A stretch of DNA of 50,987 bases from Octopus sinensis (Eukaryota): NCBI RefSeq assembly GCF_006345805.1, contig NW_021834348.1, forward strand, positions 1 through 50,987. The letters run 5' to 3'. Position 1 is the first letter of the stretch. Each line of letters starts with the position of its first letter. Shown piece by piece: positions 47,218 through 50,987 of this stretch. The notes under the pieces were generated by a model. The model saw only the letters and a program-made list of their open reading frames with translations. It made no database searches and had not been told where the DNA came from. A program made the position numbers and the translations under genes.

Positions 47218-50200
47218 TACCGTCCCCTTCCATCATTCTTTTTGTTCTTTATGTAGTTCAGGCTTCTGGCATGCAAAGAGAAAAGACCTCAAGTACAACT
47301 GCTATTTACAACTGGATTATTTAGAGGAAAGGTGAAGTGTGCTACTCTCAGCAACCACCTTAAGCTCCGATTGTATGGGCTTATAGCCACTGGAGATAGA
47401 CAGGCAGAAAGCCTCAGCCAGTGTTGGTGTTCAGACAATGCTGCTGCGTAATGGCGCCAAAAGAGAAAAGACAGGACTGAATCGGTTTTCCGTCTACATC
47501 ACTTCCATCATGAGCCTCGTTGTGTTCTCGCACATGGCAAAATGGATGCAGGTGAGGTCTCGCTCCAGTCTCAGAGATGGCAATGGCTGCTGTGAGATCT
47601 CATCCAATATGGTGCTGGCTGTTGGTCCTGCTACAAAGGGCTCCCCACTGAGTGCGGAAGTACGGAAACAGAATAATTGGAGCAGGCACAAGAAAGAGCA
47701 AAGATGACAACTGATCGCAACCAAGATATGGCACAAATATGTCACAAGTCAAATAGAAAAATAACTGCAAGAAATTTAAATTGGCATGCACAAAATTTGA
47801 CAAAATGTTCAATGGCAGAGTATTGGAACTGCCCAGTAACACAAGAAAGTGATTGTCTGTCACAGAAAACACAAAAGAGATTGTCAGATATAAATAGTTT
47901 TAGTGAGTTTTTAGGCCAATGCAGAGTGCAGCCAGTCCTGGTGACAAAGGGTTTGTTCATGTTAGGCAGTGGCGACGAAGGTATGGGTGATGGTGTGGTC
48001 AAAGGTGCATGTGCAGGTGGATGTGTAGGTGGTTGTAAAGGATCAAAGGTGGGCTTGTTTGGGGTGTCATCGAAGGGTGTGGACACCTCAAGATATGCAC
48101 TTTTAAGTCTGTCGACCGACACAGTCTCTGTTCGACCATTGATGTTGAGACTAAAAGTTTTGGGTGCATGTGATAGCACACGAAATGGTCCCTTATAAGG
48201 AGAAACGAGAAGTCCTCTGACAGAATCATCCCGAACAAAAACATCAGTCCATTTGTCAATATCCGGAGGGACGTGAGAGGGAATAGACTAGTCACGCGGC
48301 TGCATGGGTGGAAGACTTGAGAAATACAAGCGAAGTCTAGTGACATACAATGTTGGATCGGGGGACGATGAGTTGTCTGGCACTAACATTGTACCAGGGA
48401 GTGCCAGGGTGGTACCGTAAATGAGTTCAGCAGAGGAGAAGCCTAAGTCTGCTTTAACAGCAGCGCGACAATCAAAAAGAATGATAGGCAGGAATTCTGT
48501 CCTAGACTGCGAGTCAGAAGTGACGCATAGAGCAGCTTTCAGTTGCCTGTGAAAACGTTCAACCATCCCACTGGAGGCTGGGTTGTAGCTGGTTGTACGA
48601 ATGTGATGAACTCCTAGGATTCGTGATAATTCACGAAATAGGGAAGCCTCGAACTGGCGTCCGCGATCAGTGGTTATTTAAGCAGGGACTCCAAAGCGAG
48701 CAATCCAGTTAGAAACGAAAGCTCGAGCAACTGACTCAGCGGAAATGAACACTATTGGAATGGCCTCTGGCCAACGAGAGAAATGGTCGACGCATATCAA
48801 TATGTAAGAGAAACTGCGACTGACAGGCCATGGTCCAACCAGATCAATGTGGACATGGCGAAAATGAGCCTCCGGAGGGGAAAACTGTCCGAGAGAAGTG
48901 TGAATATACCTGTGGATTTTAGAACATTGACATTTTACTCAAGGGCGTGCCCAATCAGTGATCATCCGGCGCATCCGCCAGAAAAACCGAATAAGCTTCA
49001 CCGAGGCAGCAACGCCAGGATGTGACAGTGAATGCAAGGCATCAAAAACGGAGCGCTGGTGGTTCTCAGGTACAAACGGCCTGGGAGAACCAGTAGCCGT
49101 GTCAGCAGTCGGAAGTGGCAGATAGGCAAATTTGCAGCAGGACAACATGGTAGAATCTAAATCCAAAGCGTCCAGAGCCGGCTGATCCTGTGCAATGGCA
49201 GTTAAATCGATTGCTGCAGGAGATGAAAGGGAGCACACAGGAAGACAAGAGAATGCGTCAGCAGGCACGTTCTCTGTTGCAGGAATGTGCCGAATGTCAC
49301 TCGTGAACTGGGAAATGTAGGCCAGGTGACGAAAAGCATGAGGCGAGTGGTTGTTCGATTTAGATGGCAGAGCAAACGTAAGACGCTTGTGATCAGTATA
49401 AATCACAAAATCTCGGCCCTCGACTTGATATTGAAAATGATGAACTGACAGGTAGATCGCCAAAAACTCGAGATCAAACGTACTGTACCGACGTTGAGCT
49501 GGCTTTAATTGATGAGAAAAAAACCCCTCCAAAGGTTTAGTCTGATTGTCTACGGTGTGCTGCAAAACAGCATCAACTGCAGAATCCGATGCATCAACGG
49601 TCAAAGAGAGAGGGGCGTTGGGAACTGGATATGCAAGCAAAGGGACAGAAGCTATTTCCTTCTTAATGGACTCAAGAGCAGATAACCCCCTCGTCAGATA
49701 AAGCAATAGGAGGATTCTTTTTGTTATCTACTTTCAATAGCAGAGTCAGGGGAAGTAACTTGTCTGCACAATTTCTAACGAAGTGTCTGTAAAAATTGAC
49801 AATGCCCCAAAATTTACGAAGTTGGAGTAGTGAAGTGTCGGGGGTGCGATGCTTTGAATGGCATCGACTTTGGAAGAGAGAGGTTTGATGCCACTCGAGT
49901 CAATATGATGTCCCAGAAATTCAAGAGAAGATTTCCCGAAAACACACTTGCCAGGATTAATACGCACACCACAGGCACGAAGAGGCTGAAAAAGCTGAGA
50001 CACAAGTAGCAGAGATGATTGTCACGTGTGTCGCTTGCAATGAGTATGTCACCAACATAAGCGAACACAAAATCAAATCCGCGGACGACTTCCTCAATGA
50101 AACGCTGGAACGTACTGGTAGCGTTCCGCAAACCAAAACTCACACTCTCTCTTTTACTCTTTTACTTGTTTCAGTCATTTGACTGCGGCCATGCTGGAGC

Positions 50201-50363
50201 ACCGCCTTTAATCGAGCAATTAGACCCCGGGACTTATTCTTTGTAAGCCCAGTGCTTATTCTTTCGGTCTCTTTTGCCGAACCGCTAAGTGACGGGGACG
50301 TAAACACACCAGCATCGGTTGTCAAGCGATGTTGGGGGGACAAACACAGACACACAAACACAT

Positions 50364-50432
<69 letters not shown>

Positions 50433-50987
50433 TACGACAGGCTTCTTTCAGTTTCCGTCTACCAAATCCACTCACAAGGCATTGGTCGGCCCGGGGCTAT
50501 AGCAGAAGACACTTGCCCAAGATGCCACGCAGTGGGACTGAACCCAGAACCATGTGGTTGGTAAGCAAGCTACTTACCACACAGCCATTCCTACGCCTAT
50601 ACGAACTATATCGAACTTATTATTGATGTGGGCACTCCAGCTGAGATTGTTGTCAACAATTACTCCTAGCTCTCTAATATTACTAGATGCTCTGGTATTA
50701 TTACATAACCAGGTGTTTCATTTTAATTTCATGACGAGTGGAATTATAAAGTATAGTAGTTAACCACTATAGCAGAAGACACATGCCCAAGATGCCACGC
50801 AGTGGGACTGAACCCAGAACCATGCGGTTGGTAAGCAAGCTACTTACCACACAGCCACTCATATATAGAAACTGAAAACAACCAAAAGGAGTGTAAGTCA
50901 GTTTTTGGAATATCGGCTGGGTTGACCTGTATCTGATGACAGGTGCGCGAATGAGGTCAACTTTAGAAAAGATGGTACAACCATGAA
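47218..50987 (-). mobile_element. Ty3/Gypsy pol (RT-RNase H-integrase) + PPT + 3' LTR, arm-2 copy
   Basis: AYVGDILIAS; LTVDASDSAV, YSTFDLEFLAIY, IYTDHK; HSLSHPG; DHFSRWPEA, GMVERFHRQLK; PPT GGGGAGCCC then TGTAGC at 47635. Confidence 0.92.
50140..50862 (-). mobile_element. SINE inside Gypsy RT with duplicated head and 180-bp CR1-like insert
   Basis: Head at 50497-50586 and 50767-50857. 50620-50655 matches the CR1 sequence at 33345-33380. Confidence 0.8.

Larger units (their letters stand above)
42927..50987. repeat. Inverted segmental duplication, arm 2 (runs off the window)
   Basis: Reverse complement of 17764-23126. 43328-45309 is also a direct repeat of 1-2318. Confidence 0.93.

Noticed and set aside
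47438-48198. Plus-strand ORFs of 89 and 173 aa
   Set aside because: Antisense to the Gypsy integrase tail and LTR; no recognisable domain.

Overview
AT-rich, repeat-dense eukaryotic DNA. The SINE/RTE repertoire and microsatellites look octopus/cephalopod-like (inference). The only host-gene content is three paralogous single-exon copies of a Golgi type II, GT-B fucosyltransferase-like gene: A 942-2059 (+), B 20968-22139 (-) and C 43923-45090 (+). None is intact as assembled. B and C lie in the arms of a large inverted segmental duplication (17764-23126 vs 42927-50987, plus 25383-26265 vs 37770-38603). A is a direct-orientation third copy. The rest is mobile DNA: a near full-length Tx1/L1-clade LINE, a tandemly duplicated R4/Dong-like fragment in (TAA)n with a perfect 38-bp fold-back at its 5' junction, RTE and CR1/L2 LINE fragments, two Gypsy families, Helitron, Tc1/mariner and Chapaev-like remnants, and many tRNA-derived SINEs. 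Four signals stand out: (1) at least three complete type I hammerhead ribozyme motifs of the Penelope/retrozyme minimal type, from two sequence families; (2) fucosyltransferase paralogs whose catalytic domain has diverged far more than their stem and non-coding flanks; (3) two RTE copies with reciprocal breakpoints suggesting a ~17-kb inversion that flipped copy B; (4) the snap-back 5' junction. Many lesions are 1-nt homopolymer indels, so some frameshifts may be assembly errors. All family assignments come from motif recognition, not database searches.
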